A stretch of DNA of 64,000 nucleotides from Dehalococcoidia bacterium (GCA_965197585.1 OZ240215.1:1600001-1664000), one strand, 5' to 3'. Positions 21,864 to 32,314 are shown, counted from the stretch's first letter. Program-made: numbers and translations. Notes: a model not told the origin generated them from the letters alone.

Positions 21864-22961
21864 ATGCTTATAGACGGCCACGCTTACATATTCGAGCCAA
21901 TGGACTCTGCCGCCGGATACCCGACCCTCGAGCAAAAGATGCAGGCGGTCCAGCAGGAACTGTCGATTCACCACCAACCCGTCTGGCGAGTCCGCGACCG
22001 AGCCCACGCCGACAACTCCGTCCTCGCCGACCCCGACTCCGGCGCCCTTCACGAAGTCTCTTGGGGCCGGGACAAGGACCGCCTGACCTGGACGTATGAG
22101 GGTGAGACTTACACCAAGCAGTACCTTCCGCCCATGCTCAACAACCTCGAAATGCCCCCCGAGCGTCTCATCGCCGAGATGGACTACGCCGGCGTCGACT
22201 TAGCAATTCTCCACAACGCCTCCCACCTGGGCCGCAACAACAAGCTCCACTCCGAGGCCACCTCCCAATACCCCGACCGCCTCAAGAGCCTCATGCACGT
22301 GCCCGAGACCGACATCCCCTCCGACCCATACGCCGCCTTAAAGGAAGTCGAGCATTGGCTTAACGCCGGTGGCGTATGCGGATTGCAATTCTTCACGCGC
22401 CCTTACTCGACCGGCGGCTTTGCGGAAAGCTGGAATATGGGCCCCATGCGCGAATTCTGGCAGGGCATCTCTACGCTTGGACTCCCCGTATACTTCACAG
22501 TACAACCTAGGGCTGGTCAGGCATTCGCAAAGTCCGGCACCGCAAGCTACCTCAGTGAACTCGATACGGTTCACGACTGGCTGGAAGATTATCCCAACCT
22601 CCCCGTCGTCCTTACCCATGGCCTTAGCTGGGGCAACTTCCGCCAGGACGACCGCATCATTCTCCCCGAAGCCGTCTGGCGTGTATTCGAATCCGACAAA
22701 TGTCACCTCCAACTCCTCTTCCCCATCCAACTCGGCGGCATCTGGCAGTACCCTTTCAAGAACGTCGAGCCAACCGTTGAAGAGATAGTTCAACGCATCG
22801 GGTCCGACCACGTCATCTTGGGCACCGACTTACCCATGGTCGCCCGATTCTGGACTTACCGACAAACCATCGACCAGTACCGCGTCCACTGCCCCTTCCT
22901 CTCCGACGAAGACCGAGCCAACATCCTCGGCGGAACCGTCGCCCGAATTCACAACCTTTAA
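21864..22961 (+). CDS. Amidohydrolase-2 family protein
   Basis: IDGHAY, VLTHG and ILGTDLP motifs; ILGGTVAR C-terminus. Confidence 0.8.
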   Translation: MLIDGHAYIFEPMDSAAGYPTLEQKMQAVQQELSIHHQPVWRVRDRAHADNSVLADPDSGALHEVSWGRDKDRLTWTYEGETYTKQYLPPMLNNLEMPPERLIAEMDYAGVDLAILHNASHLGRNNKLHSEATSQYPDRLKSLMHVPETDIPSDPYAALKEVEHWLNAGGVCGLQFFTRPYSTGGFAESWNMGPMREFWQGISTLGLPVYFTVQPRAGQAFAKSGTASYLSELDTVHDWLEDYPNLPVVLTHGLSWGNFRQDDRIILPEAVWRVFESDKCHLQLLFPIQLGGIWQYPFKNVEPTVEEIVQRIGSDHVILGTDLPMVARFWTYRQTIDQYRVHCPFLSDEDRANILGGTVARIHNL

Positions 22962-22986
22962 ATACAACATCCTCCGGAGGACACCT

Positions 22987-24156
22987 ATGAACAATGGCTT
23001 CAAAGTCATGGACAGCGACATCCACGTCTCCGAGCCCCCCGACCTGTGGATCGACTACATCGACCCCGCCTTCCGAGACGTTGCCCCGCGCAAGATGTCC
23101 ATGAACGGCCGCTCCGAGACCTGGCACTGCCTTGGCAAGCCTCTCCCCGCCTTCATCGACAGGCCCGAACGCCAGCGTGGACTCGATATCCGCAACGAGA
23201 TCGCCCGTCAGAAAGCTGAAAGCGAAGGGATATACCAGCCCGAAAAGCACGAGTCCGGTAGCCCGGGCGTTGAGGAGGAAGAAGGCTCCCGCCCCGAGCA
23301 CATGCTCGAGGCAGTCAAGGTGGAAGGCCTGGACGCGGCCGTCTGTTTCCGTACCATGGCTGCCCACGTCATCGGCATCGACGACATGGACCCCAATATA
23401 GCCGCCGCCATATGCCGGGCCTTCAACCGCTGGCTCCGGGACTTCTGCGATGCGGACCCATCCGTCCTCAAGCTCGGCGCCCTAGTCCCCATGCACGATG
23501 TCAACCTCGCCGTCCGGGAAGCCGAGTTTGCGGTCAACGAACTCGGTGCCGTGACTCTCGTCCTACCCAGCAACCCCGTCCGCCAACTCCCCTGGTACGA
23601 CCCCTCCTACGAACCATTCTGGGCTGCAGCCCAATCCCTCGGAGTCCCCGTCTCATTCCATGGCATCCAGATGGCCTACCAGGACCATCTAGCCAGGCGT
23701 TACATGGACAACCACGCACTGGGCCACTCCGTTGCCCACCCCGTCGAAATGATATGCACCCTCGGCGCAATGATCACCGGCGGTGTCCTCGAAAGAATGC
23801 CCACCCTTAAGGCCGCCTTTCTGGAGGGCCACAGTAGCTGGGTCCCATGGTGGCTCTACTGCCTCGACGAGCACGAGGAAATGATGGGCGACAAAGACCG
23901 CTTTGGCCTCACCCGTGCCCCGAGTGAATATTTCCTCGAACACTGCTTCGTCTCCGTTGACCCCGACGAGGCCCTCGTCAAATACACCATCCAGGCCATA
24001 GGCTCCAGGAACCTGGTCATCTCCACCGACTGGCCCCACAACGACTCCGCCTACCCCCATGCCATCGAGACCTTCCTCTCCCTCGAAGACGTCCCCGAGT
24101 CCAGCCAGCGAGAAATCCTCTGGGACAACTGCGCCCGCCTGTACAACATCTCGTGA
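22987..24156 (+). CDS. Amidohydrolase-2 family protein
   Basis: DSDIH, SFHG, AFLEG, STDWPH and ILWDNCARLY motifs. Confidence 0.9.
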   Translation: MNNGFKVMDSDIHVSEPPDLWIDYIDPAFRDVAPRKMSMNGRSETWHCLGKPLPAFIDRPERQRGLDIRNEIARQKAESEGIYQPEKHESGSPGVEEEEGSRPEHMLEAVKVEGLDAAVCFRTMAAHVIGIDDMDPNIAAAICRAFNRWLRDFCDADPSVLKLGALVPMHDVNLAVREAEFAVNELGAVTLVLPSNPVRQLPWYDPSYEPFWAAAQSLGVPVSFHGIQMAYQDHLARRYMDNHALGHSVAHPVEMICTLGAMITGGVLERMPTLKAAFLEGHSSWVPWWLYCLDEHEEMMGDKDRFGLTRAPSEYFLEHCFVSVDPDEALVKYTIQAIGSRNLVISTDWPHNDSAYPHAIETFLSLEDVPESSQREILWDNCARLYNIS

Positions 24157-25151
24157 GTAAAACCTTCTTGCTGAATAAAGCCGGGATTACCGTCACGTCC
24201 GTAGTACTCGCCGTCCTGCTGATGTGTATCGCCTGTGGCCCGACACCCCCCGCCCTACCCCTCCTCGACGCCATAGACCAGGAGGATACGGATGTCGTCC
24301 GGGCCCACATGGAGATCGGCACAGACCCCGACAAGACATTCATCCCACCGGGCATCCCATTTGCCGGTGCCTCGGCCCTCCACGTTGCAGTCCTTAAGGA
24401 CAACCGAGAAATAGTCCAACTCCTCCTCGATAACGGCGCAGACATCGATATAAGGGCGCTGGACGATTCCAAGGGCTCACCTCTCGAATGGGCGGCCTAC
24501 TTCGGGCTCAAGGACATGGCCGTCTTCCTCGCTAAGTCGGGCGCATATATCAACGCCAGAAACGCTTACGGCACCACGCCCCTTGACGCCGCCTATGCCA
24601 ACAACCCCTTCATCCCCGAAGAGGATCGCAACCGGTTCAACGCAAACCGCGACCTCATAAGTGCATATCTGATTGAAAAAGGCGCACAGTCCACCACCCC
24701 GGTCCTCACCCTCTTGGACGCCATCGATCAGGACAACACCAACGCCGTACGTGCTCACATGGAGTCCGGTACAGACCCTGACAAGACTTTCATCCCGCCG
24801 GGACTTCCCTTCGCCGGCGCCTCAGCACTCCACGTCGCAGTCCTTAAAGATAACCGGGAGATCGTCCAGATTCTCCTCGACAACGGTGCAGACATCGACA
24901 TGCAGGCATCCGACGAATTCAAAGGCTCGCCTCTGGAATGGGCTGCCTTCTTCGGCATCAAGGACATGGCAGTCTTCCTGGTAGAGTCCGGCGCCGACAT
25001 CAACTCTAGGAACGCCTACGGCACAACCCCCCTCGACGCCACCTCATCAGACAATCCTTTCATTCCCGAAGAGGACCGCAAGCAGTTCGACGAAAATCGC
25101 TTCTTCTTAAGACAATACCTCTCCGAAAAAGGCACCCAGTCCGGCCGGTAA
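24153..25151 (+). CDS. Putative lipoprotein with two tandem ankyrin-repeat modules
   Basis: Hydrophobic signal ending CIAC; SALHVAV, GSPLEWAA and GTTPLD motifs, each present twice. Confidence 0.85.
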   Translation: MSKTFLLNKAGITVTSVVLAVLLMCIACGPTPPALPLLDAIDQEDTDVVRAHMEIGTDPDKTFIPPGIPFAGASALHVAVLKDNREIVQLLLDNGADIDIRALDDSKGSPLEWAAYFGLKDMAVFLAKSGAYINARNAYGTTPLDAAYANNPFIPEEDRNRFNANRDLISAYLIEKGAQSTTPVLTLLDAIDQDNTNAVRAHMESGTDPDKTFIPPGLPFAGASALHVAVLKDNREIVQILLDNGADIDMQASDEFKGSPLEWAAFFGIKDMAVFLVESGADINSRNAYGTTPLDATSSDNPFIPEEDRKQFDENRFFLRQYLSEKGTQSGR

Positions 25152-25161
25152 ACCCCTCCCC

Positions 25162-26073
25162 CTACCCCCCACCAAACAGCGGAATAACCTCCCGCGCAAT
25201 CCTCTCCGGCATCTCCGCTGTCACTTCCTCCGGCCCTGACGGACTGAATATGAAGTGCTCGACCCCTGCATCCCGGTACTCCTGCATCCGAGCCACAATC
25301 TGCTCCGGCGTCCCCAAAAGCGCGTACCTCCGCACTATCTGATCGAATGACTGACCGTAGTCGCCCCCCAACGCCTGACTCGACATCCGGGCCGCCTCGT
25401 CATAGCTGTCGTCTATGCAGATTGGTACCCATACCGTCGGCTCTATCTCCTTCGGGTCCCGACCCACACCCTCGGCGATCTCTACAATCTGCTGCCACCC
25501 CTCCTTGAACAGTTCCGGCGAGTACATGTACGGAATCCACCCATCGCCGTACAGTGCCGTCCTCCGCACCGACTTCCTCCGCCCGCCGATGTAAATCGGC
25601 GGATGCGGTTTCTGCACCGGTTGCGGTTTCAGCCCCACGTCTTCCAGTTGATAAAACCGCCCGGAAAACGTCACTGACTCCTCAGTCCACAGCCGTTTCA
25701 TTAGCCGCATGATCTCGTTGGCCCTCGGCCCTCGCTCATTCACCGGCACACCCATTGCCTCGAACTCTTTCGTGTATTCCCCCCCAATCCCGATCCCGAA
25801 CTTAACCCTCCCCCCCGAAAGATGGTCCAGCGTGGTCACCGCCTTGCACATCAGTATCGGGTGCTTAAGGGGGATCAGTACTATCGCCGTGCCCAGCTCT
25901 ATGCGCTCGGTGACCGCGGCCGCAGCCGCCATCTGCATCAGGCTGTCCTGGATCGGGTGTCGCCACACGACGTGCTCTCCCGCCCACACCGAGTCGAAGC
26001 CCAGGTCCTCGGCCTTGCGCGCCTGCCCCGCGGGGTCTCCCCCACTCTCCTTAAGCGTAATCCCGAACTTCAT
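25162..26073 (-). CDS. LLM-class (luciferase-like, possibly F420-dependent) oxidoreductase
   Basis: AEDLGFDSVWAGEH, LDHLSGGR, PPIYIGG and GTPEQI motifs. Confidence 0.92.
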   Translation of the reverse strand: MKFGITLKESGGDPAGQARKAEDLGFDSVWAGEHVVWRHPIQDSLMQMAAAAAVTERIELGTAIVLIPLKHPILMCKAVTTLDHLSGGRVKFGIGIGGEYTKEFEAMGVPVNERGPRANEIMRLMKRLWTEESVTFSGRFYQLEDVGLKPQPVQKPHPPIYIGGRRKSVRRTALYGDGWIPYMYSPELFKEGWQQIVEIAEGVGRDPKEIEPTVWVPICIDDSYDEAARMSSQALGGDYGQSFDQIVRRYALLGTPEQIVARMQEYRDAGVEHFIFSPSGPEEVTAEMPERIAREVIPLFGGG

Positions 26074-26089
26074 AGTAGGCGTTCGGGCC

Positions 26090-27454
26090 CTACCCCAGCT
26101 CCGAGCTCACGTCGCTTAGGATTTCGTTCAGATTGCTGACTATGTAGTCCACCTCATCCCTTGTCACACACAGTGGAGGACTGAGGAAAATCAGGTTGCC
26201 ACGCTGCCGAGTCAAGATGCTGTGCTTTAGGAAGCCCTTGGTCAGCTTCTCTCCCAGCCCCGAGTCTTCTGCAAACTTCTCCTTCGTGTTCCGGTCCTTC
26301 ACTATCTCCACCGCCGCCAGAAGCCCGAGACCCCCCCGCACGTCCCCGACTATCGGGTGCTCGTACAAGGTCTGAAGTTGCTCATACATGTAAGTGCCCA
26401 TCTCTGCGGCATTCTGCACCAGCCCCTCGCCTTCCAGGATGTCCAGGTTGGCCAGCGACGCCGCGCACGAAACAGGGTGACCGCCGAAGGTCAGCAGGTG
26501 TTTGAACGTCTTATCCTCACCTCCGATGAATGTGTCGGCCACCGACTTCCGAGCCACCGCCGCCCCTATGGGCAAGTATCCGCTCGAAAGGCCCTTGGCC
26601 ATCGTCATTATGTCCGGCTGCAGGTCCCAGTGCTCCGATGCGAACATCTTTCCCGTTCGCCCGAACCCCGTGATCACCTCGTCCACAATGAGGAGCACGC
26701 CGTATTTGTCGCATATCTCCCTGATCGTCGGCCAGTATTCGGGATGAGGCACCATCATAGTCGCCGCCGAAATCGGCTCCGCAATGATCGCCGCTACCGT
26801 CTCTGGCCCCTCGTGCAGTATCGCTCTCTCGAAGTCCCTGGCACACTCCACGTTACACTGACCGGCCATACTGCAGAACTGGCACCGGTAGTTGTTCGGC
26901 TGGGAAACGTGAATGTTCCCCGGGATCAGAGGCCCGAATCCGCTTGTGCCGGGGTATCCTCCCAGGCTCATCAGCGCGAACGTAGCCCCGTGATAGGAGT
27001 TCTGGCGGCTGATGATCTTGTACCGACCCTTGTCTCCCCTCACCTGGTGGTACGCCTTCGCCATCTTCAACGCCGATTCCACCGCCTCCGACCCACCGCT
27101 CACCATGAACACCCGAGACTCCTTGTCCCGTGACAAGCTAGCCAGCCTTGTGGCCAGCTTAAGCGCCGGAACGTTAGTCGTGTTCTCCGGCGAGTATGTG
27201 ATGTGCTGCATCTGCTCATACACCGCATCGGCTATCTCCGTCCGGCCGTATCCAATGTTCTTCAGCCACATCCCCGACAGTACGTCAATGTATTTCCTGC
27301 CATCCGTATCCTCTACCCAGCAGCCCTTCCCGTCTGCCATCACGTGGAGCCCGTCCTCCTTATCGAAGTCGGCTACCTGCTGAGAGTGAGGCCAGAAGTG
27401 ATCGCGGGCCATTTTTTTCAGCTCGTCTGCGCTGGGGGATTGGATAGACGCCAT
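26090..27454 (-). CDS. Class III PLP aminotransferase (omega-amino acid/taurine-pyruvate type)
   Basis: GGSEAVE, SYHG, LIVDEVITGFGRTG and MAKGLSSG motifs. Confidence 0.92.
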   Translation of the reverse strand: MASIQSPSADELKKMARDHFWPHSQQVADFDKEDGLHVMADGKGCWVEDTDGRKYIDVLSGMWLKNIGYGRTEIADAVYEQMQHITYSPENTTNVPALKLATRLASLSRDKESRVFMVSGGSEAVESALKMAKAYHQVRGDKGRYKIISRQNSYHGATFALMSLGGYPGTSGFGPLIPGNIHVSQPNNYRCQFCSMAGQCNVECARDFERAILHEGPETVAAIIAEPISAATMMVPHPEYWPTIREICDKYGVLLIVDEVITGFGRTGKMFASEHWDLQPDIMTMAKGLSSGYLPIGAAVARKSVADTFIGGEDKTFKHLLTFGGHPVSCAASLANLDILEGEGLVQNAAEMGTYMYEQLQTLYEHPIVGDVRGGLGLLAAVEIVKDRNTKEKFAEDSGLGEKLTKGFLKHSILTRQRGNLIFLSPPLCVTRDEVDYIVSNLNEILSDVSSELG

Positions 27455-27604
27455 AACGTGACTCCTTTGGAGAGCATTCCTGAGACTTGTGGGTAACGGG
27501 CACAGCCCCAACTAATCGGGGCCTCTGGCCTCGATTCTATACCCGCCCGCGAGGCTCGGTCAAACCTGTGTACTCATTCGGTAGACTAGCGACACACCGG
27601 GTTT

Positions 27605-28245
27605 TATTCAGTTGTGGGGTTTTGGGTGTTGGTTGTTTTGTTGGGGGGGTGGCGATGGAAGACGCCCGTTTGGCAGAGCTGCTTGTTCGTGGACTTGCAG
27701 CCAGTATGCCCTGATGCTAGATGGTATACACGGACAATTCTCGGGCCAGACGTCCGGCAGAGGCTCCTTATGGGGGCTGTATGCACGTGGGGGCATGTCA
27801 GGGCCAGGGATCCAGCTGTGCGAGGCCCCACAGCCTAACTAATAGTGTCCAAGTTCGCCGGAAAAGGACAGGAGCGAATATCCTCCGGGCACCCCCGCGC
27901 CGTAGCGCCAAACTCCAGCAATGCGGCCCGACGTTCGAGATGGTTCTCCATGGGGGTTAGGCGGTCCGCGGAGTGTATGCTCCGGTCACCCTTGATGCAA
28001 TCTCCCATGCAGGGAGCGGGGTGGGAGCGTGAAGGCCAGGGCGTCTTTCCATCGCCTGGGGGTCAGGGAAGGGTACACGGGACCCGGTGGGGATGAGGAG
28101 ATGGCGCCGGTCGCTTGTGCCGCGGGCCTGCGCGAGGGCCGTTGGGATAGGCTGAGGCGTTGAGTCCTCGGGTGGGGCCGGGTGGACTTCCCTAGTTTTT
28201 GGTTCCTCCTTAAGGTGGTTGAGGGTAGTGGTCGGGTCTAGACCT
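27605..28245 (-). ncRNA. Candidate large (~640 nt) structured non-coding RNA under a LexA-boxed promoter
   Basis: No credible ORF; long-range stems 28064-71/28187-94 and 27651-74/28035-56; many local hairpins including GCGC-UACG-GCGC; G-U pairs mostly favour the minus strand. Confidence 0.55.
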
Positions 28246-28251
28246 GGCTCC

Positions 28252-28281
28252 AATATAGAACATAAGTACTTACGATGTCAA
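28252..28281 (-). promoter_or_regulatory. sigma70 promoter with a LexA-type box between -35 and -10
   Basis: Minus strand TTGACA-18 bp-TATATT; the spacer holds AGTAC-TTAT-GTTCT (28257-70), one mismatch from the GAAC-N4-GTTC core at lexA. Confidence 0.75.
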
Positions 28282-28573
28282 GGGGGTGATGTTACCCCTC
28301 TATGTGAACGGGATCATCTGCCCCTCTCGTCCCCCTCTCCCTCATCCCCGTGCCCCGACATGTGAATCCATTCCACGGGCGGGGCCGCTCACTTGATCAT
28401 CCTTAGTCTGCTAAACGTTACAATTCCATTACATTGTTGGTGTTTCAGATAAACCTGTTGGGGTGTATTGAGGAACGGCGCTTCTCCCCGTCATTGTCCC
28501 TCTATCCTTCCCTGTGATATACTCGCAGACGCTAATTTTAAGGCTATACGGGAAGGGAAAGAGCAACCTAAAC

Positions 28574-29464
28574 ATGGTACAAGAGACCGTAACGGAAGCA
28601 CCAGCGGAAGCACAGGTAGAAGCGCCTCACCCCCAGGAGCAACGCCCTCCCGAGCCCGTGCCCGTAACCATGAAGCTGCTTCTCGAATCAGGCGTGCATT
28701 TCGGCCATCAGACTCGCCGTTGGCATCCCAAGATGAAGCGCTACATCTTCACCCAGCGCAACGGCATCCACATCATCGACCTTCAGCAGACCATTACAAT
28801 GCTCGACGACGCCTGCGATTTCATCCGCTCCATCGTCCTTGAAGGTGGCGAAATCCTCTTCGTCGGTACCAAGAAACAGGCCCAGGACGTAATACAGGAA
28901 GCGGCAGGCCGCTGCGGAATGCACTACGTCAACATACGTTGGCTCGGTGGCACCCTGACCAACTTCAACACTATCCAGTCCCGCATCGACCACCTGGTCC
29001 GACTCGAAGACCAGAAGGAGAAGGGCGTATTCGAGTCCCTCCCCAAGAAGGAGGCGCAGAAGCTCGAGGACAAGATCGTCCGTATGAACCGGCTCCTCGG
29101 CGGCATCAAGGAGATGACCAAGCTCCCCGACGCCGTATTCATCGTCGACCCCGGCAAGGAGGACATCGCCGTCAAGGAGTCCCGACGCGTTGATGTCCCC
29201 CTCGTAGCCATCGTGGACACGGACTGCGATCCTAATCTCATCAACCGCCCGATCCCCGGCAACGACGATGCCATACGTTCCATCAAGCTCATCAGCGGCA
29301 AAATCGCCGACTCCGTCCTTGAAGGTATTCAACTTCGCCAGAGGCTCGCCGAAGAGCAGCAGAAGGCCTACGAAGAGGCCATGGTAGAGCCGGAAGACGT
29401 TTCCCAAACCTTCGTATCCGAATCCGAATTTCAGGACTCCACCCCGTCCACCCCTCAGGAATAG
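28574..29464 (+). CDS. rpsB: 30S ribosomal protein S2
   Basis: [29 protein letters not shown] and [10 protein letters not shown] motifs. Confidence 0.98.
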   Translation: MVQETVTEAPAEAQVEAPHPQEQRPPEPVPVTMKLLLESGVHFGHQTRRWHPKMKRYIFTQRNGIHIIDLQQTITMLDDACDFIRSIVLEGGEILFVGTKKQAQDVIQEAAGRCGMHYVNIRWLGGTLTNFNTIQSRIDHLVRLEDQKEKGVFESLPKKEAQKLEDKIVRMNRLLGGIKEMTKLPDAVFIVDPGKEDIAVKESRRVDVPLVAIVDTDCDPNLINRPIPGNDDAIRSIKLISGKIADSVLEGIQLRQRLAEEQQKAYEEAMVEPEDVSQTFVSESEFQDSTPSTPQE

Positions 29465-29467
29465 ACA

Positions 29468-29971
29468 ATGCCAATTTCAACCGATTCCATTAGAGACCTC
29501 CGGGAGCGTTCCGGGGCCGGTATCATGGACTGTAAGCGTGCCCTCGAAGCGACCGATGGCGCAATAGAAGCGGCCGAAAAGCTCCTCGCCCAGAAGGGCC
29601 TCGCCGTCGCCTCTAAGAAAGCAGGCCGCACCGCCGGTCAGGGACTCGTAGACTTCTACGTCCACTCCGGTGGCAAGCTCGGCGCCATGATCGAAGTAAA
29701 CTGCGAGACAGATTTCGTCGCCAGGACTGACCAGTTCAAGTCCCTGGCCCACGATCTCGCGATGCAAGTCGCTGCCATGAATCCCCAATTCGTCCGCGCC
29801 GACGAAATCCCCGAGGACTCCGCCTACTCCCCCGAGGAAGCAGCCCTCCTTTCCCAGACCTTCATTAGAGACCCCTCCAAGACTGTCCAGGACCTCGTCA
29901 ACGAGACCATAGGCCAAGTCCGCGAGAATATCCAGGTACGTCGCTTCACCAGGTTCGAGATCGGTAAGTGA
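29468..29971 (+). CDS. tsf: Elongation factor Ts (short form)
   Basis: [26 protein letters not shown] and RRFTRFEIG motifs. Confidence 0.96.
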   Translation: MPISTDSIRDLRERSGAGIMDCKRALEATDGAIEAAEKLLAQKGLAVASKKAGRTAGQGLVDFYVHSGGKLGAMIEVNCETDFVARTDQFKSLAHDLAMQVAAMNPQFVRADEIPEDSAYSPEEAALLSQTFIRDPSKTVQDLVNETIGQVRENIQVRRFTRFEIGK

Positions 29972-30693
29972 CGGCACCTGCCAACCCCAAATACCGCCGC
30001 CTCCTCGTCAAGATCAGTGGCGAGGCCCTCGCCGGCAGTAAGGGTTTTGGCATCGATAACGCCACCGTCTCGCTCGTTGCGCGCCAGATAAAGGAAGCCA
30101 AGACCCCCGACTGCGAGATAGCTATGGTCGTCGGCGGCGGCAACATCTGGCGTGGCGCCGACGCAGCAGCCAACGGCATGGATCGGGCTACTGCTGACTA
30201 TGCAGGGATGCTCGCCACCGTCATAAACTCCCTCGTCATGCAGGACGCCCTCGAGAAAGAGGGGATTGTCACTCGGGTCCAGACCGCCCTGCCCATCCAG
30301 TCCGTCGCCGAACCCTACATTCGCCGACGCGCACTGCGGCACCTCGAAAAAGGCCGCGTTGTCATCTTCGCCGCAGGCACCGGCAACCCCTATCTCACGA
30401 CCGACACCACCGCCGCCCTGCGCGCCGTCGAAATTTCCGCCGACGTCGTCCTAATGGCCAAGAACGGCGTCGATGGCGTATACGAGGCCGACCCCAAGTC
30501 CCACCCCAACGCCAAAAAGCTCCCGACTCTAAAATACCTCGAAGCCCTCAACCTGCGCCTCGGAGTCATGGACAGCACCGCCCTCTCCCTCTGCCTCGAC
30601 AACGACATTCCAATCATCGTCTTCAACTTCCAGGCCCCCGACTCCCTCAAACGCATCATCCGCGGCGAACACGTCGGCACCCTAATCTCATAA
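29968..30693 (+). CDS. pyrH: UMP kinase
   Basis: [24 protein letters not shown] and VMDSTA motifs. Confidence 0.97.
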   Translation: MTAPANPKYRRLLVKISGEALAGSKGFGIDNATVSLVARQIKEAKTPDCEIAMVVGGGNIWRGADAAANGMDRATADYAGMLATVINSLVMQDALEKEGIVTRVQTALPIQSVAEPYIRRRALRHLEKGRVVIFAAGTGNPYLTTDTTAALRAVEISADVVLMAKNGVDGVYEADPKSHPNAKKLPTLKYLEALNLRLGVMDSTALSLCLDNDIPIIVFNFQAPDSLKRIIRGEHVGTLIS

Positions 30694-30698
30694 GCTAT

Positions 30699-30758
30699 CC
30701 CCTCTCCTGTTGAGGCAGAGGATTAGGGCCGAAGGCTCGCTAAGGAGAGTGAGGGTGA
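30699..30758 (+). repeat. Palindromic repeat C (CCCTCTCC...GAGGGCTAGGG...GTGAGGGTGA type), variant
   Basis: Related copies at 41091, 45427 and 51638. Confidence 0.6.
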
Positions 30759-30967
30759 CCCCTCCCTCGTGGTTGCCCTCCCCGCCCGTCACAGACAATC
30801 AAAATTCATGCCTGTCCTCCGCAAACAATCAAACACAAACCTAATTGCTTCTGTTTGTCCGCACCTGACTTGACTGTAATATGTCAACTGATTCCCACCC
30901 CTTGCCCCTTCCACCCCCACGCTATTAAACTTGCCCCCATCACCTCTCCGCCTGGAAGGCTATTGCT

Positions 30968-31531
30968 ATGCCAGAAACCGACAAATTGCTAGAAGAAGCC
31001 GAACTTAAGATGGAGGACTCCGTCGATGCCATTGCAAGGAGCCTCGCCTCCATCAGAACAGGCCGGGCCAGCCCTGCCCTCATCGAGGGACTCCAGATCG
31101 ACTATTACGGTACCTCCGTTACTCTCAACCAGCTCGCCTCCATCTCCGTCCCGGAGGCCAGACTCCTCATGGTACAACCTTGGGACAAGCGCTCCATCCC
31201 CGCAGTCGAGAAGTCCATCCTCAAGGCCGACCTCGGCCTCAACCCGTCCTCCGACGGCGAGCTTATCCGAATCCCAATCCCCGCCCTCACCGACGAACGG
31301 CGCAGGGACCTCGCCAAGCTCGTCAGCCGACGGGTCGAGGAGGGACGCGTCAGCGTCCGGACCGCCCGACGCGAATCGGTGGACCAGGCGCGGTCACTGA
31401 AGAAGGCCAAGGAGATATCAGAGGACGAGGAGCGTCGCACCACAGAACAGCTTCAGAAACTCACCGACTCCTTCGTAAAGAGGATCACCGGCCTCGGCCA
31501 GGCCAAAGAGCAAGAGCTCATGGAAAGCTGA
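30968..31531 (+). CDS. frr: Ribosome recycling factor
   Basis: IRTGRASP, YYG, QPWD and LTDERR motifs. Confidence 0.97.
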   Translation: MPETDKLLEEAELKMEDSVDAIARSLASIRTGRASPALIEGLQIDYYGTSVTLNQLASISVPEARLLMVQPWDKRSIPAVEKSILKADLGLNPSSDGELIRIPIPALTDERRRDLAKLVSRRVEEGRVSVRTARRESVDQARSLKKAKEISEDEERRTTEQLQKLTDSFVKRITGLGQAKEQELMES

Positions 31532-31558
31532 TCCCCGCGTTCATTCACTGATGCTGTT

Positions 31559-32314
31559 TTGGAACAACCGGCAGTCCAACCCAAGCCCGTAGAGCAACCC
31601 GAGAGCGCGTCCGCGCTCCTCGGTCCTGTTCCCCGTCACGTGGCCGTAATCATGGATGGCAACGGAAGATGGGCCCAGCGCCGCAACCTGCCTCGCCTCC
31701 AAGGACACAGCGCCGGTATCTCCAACATCCGCCCCGTCATTGACAGCTTCGCCGAACACGGCGTCGAGTACCTAACCCTATACGCCTTCTCCACCGAAAA
31801 CTGGACTCGCCCCCAAGAGGAGGTTGCAGGCCTCCTGGAGTTCCTCGCTGCCGCCATCAAGGACGAGACCCAGTATTTCCACGAAAAGGGCGTCCGACTC
31901 GTTCACCTCGGCCGTATCGACCGCCTGGCCCCGGACATCCAGGCAGCTATCCGCGAAGCCGTCGATCTCACCAAGGACAACCGCTACATCACCGTCTGTA
32001 TCGCCTTCGACTACGGGGGCCGCGCCGAGATCCTTGGCGCCATCCGCCAGATCGTCGAGGACGGCGTCGATCCTTCTACCATCGACGAAGACCTGATATC
32101 TGACTATCTCTACACCAGGGACATCCCAGACCCCGACCTCATTATCCGCACCGCCGGCGAAATGCGCCTCAGCAACTTCCTCATCTGGCAGTCCGCCTAC
32201 AGCGAGTACTATTTCACCCCCAAAGCGTGGCCCGAGTTCGACCGGGAGGAGATCCGCAAGTCTCTGCTGGCCTTTTCCCAAAGGCAAAGACGGTTCGGTG
32301 GCGTCAACTCCTGA
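31559..32314 (+). CDS. uppS: Undecaprenyl diphosphate synthase
   Basis: HVAVIMDGNGRWA, YAFSTENW and IIRTAGEMRLSNFLIWQ motifs. Confidence 0.97.
   Translation: MEQPAVQPKPVEQPESASALLGPVPRHVAVIMDGNGRWAQRRNLPRLQGHSAGISNIRPVIDSFAEHGVEYLTLYAFSTENWTRPQEEVAGLLEFLAAAIKDETQYFHEKGVRLVHLGRIDRLAPDIQAAIREAVDLTKDNRYITVCIAFDYGGRAEILGAIRQIVEDGVDPSTIDEDLISDYLYTRDIPDPDLIIRTAGEMRLSNFLIWQSAYSEYYFTPKAWPEFDREEIRKSLLAFSQRQRRFGGVNS

Noticed and set aside
27590-28200. RNase P RNA reading of the large ncRNA candidate (GGGAAGTCC, AAGGGTGA and AAAACCCGG fragments on the minus strand)
   Set aside because: The two would-be P4 strands do not pair, and the GAGGAAAGUCC and GUGCAACAGAA consensus blocks are absent. tmRNA ends (GGGG...UCCACCA), group II domain V and a hammerhead CUGAUGA/GAAA core were also not found.
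27487-28253. Short ORFs on both strands in the aminotransferase-rpsB gap
   Set aside because: No motifs, low complexity and no RBS-start pairing; the longest begins within the -10 element.
29468-29971. Truncated tsf pseudogene
   Set aside because: Short EF-Ts forms are known in several phyla, and both terminal motifs are intact.
30870-30887. TTGAC-N8-GTCAA palindrome upstream of frr
   Set aside because: Single occurrence with no recognisable cognate regulator; may be chance.
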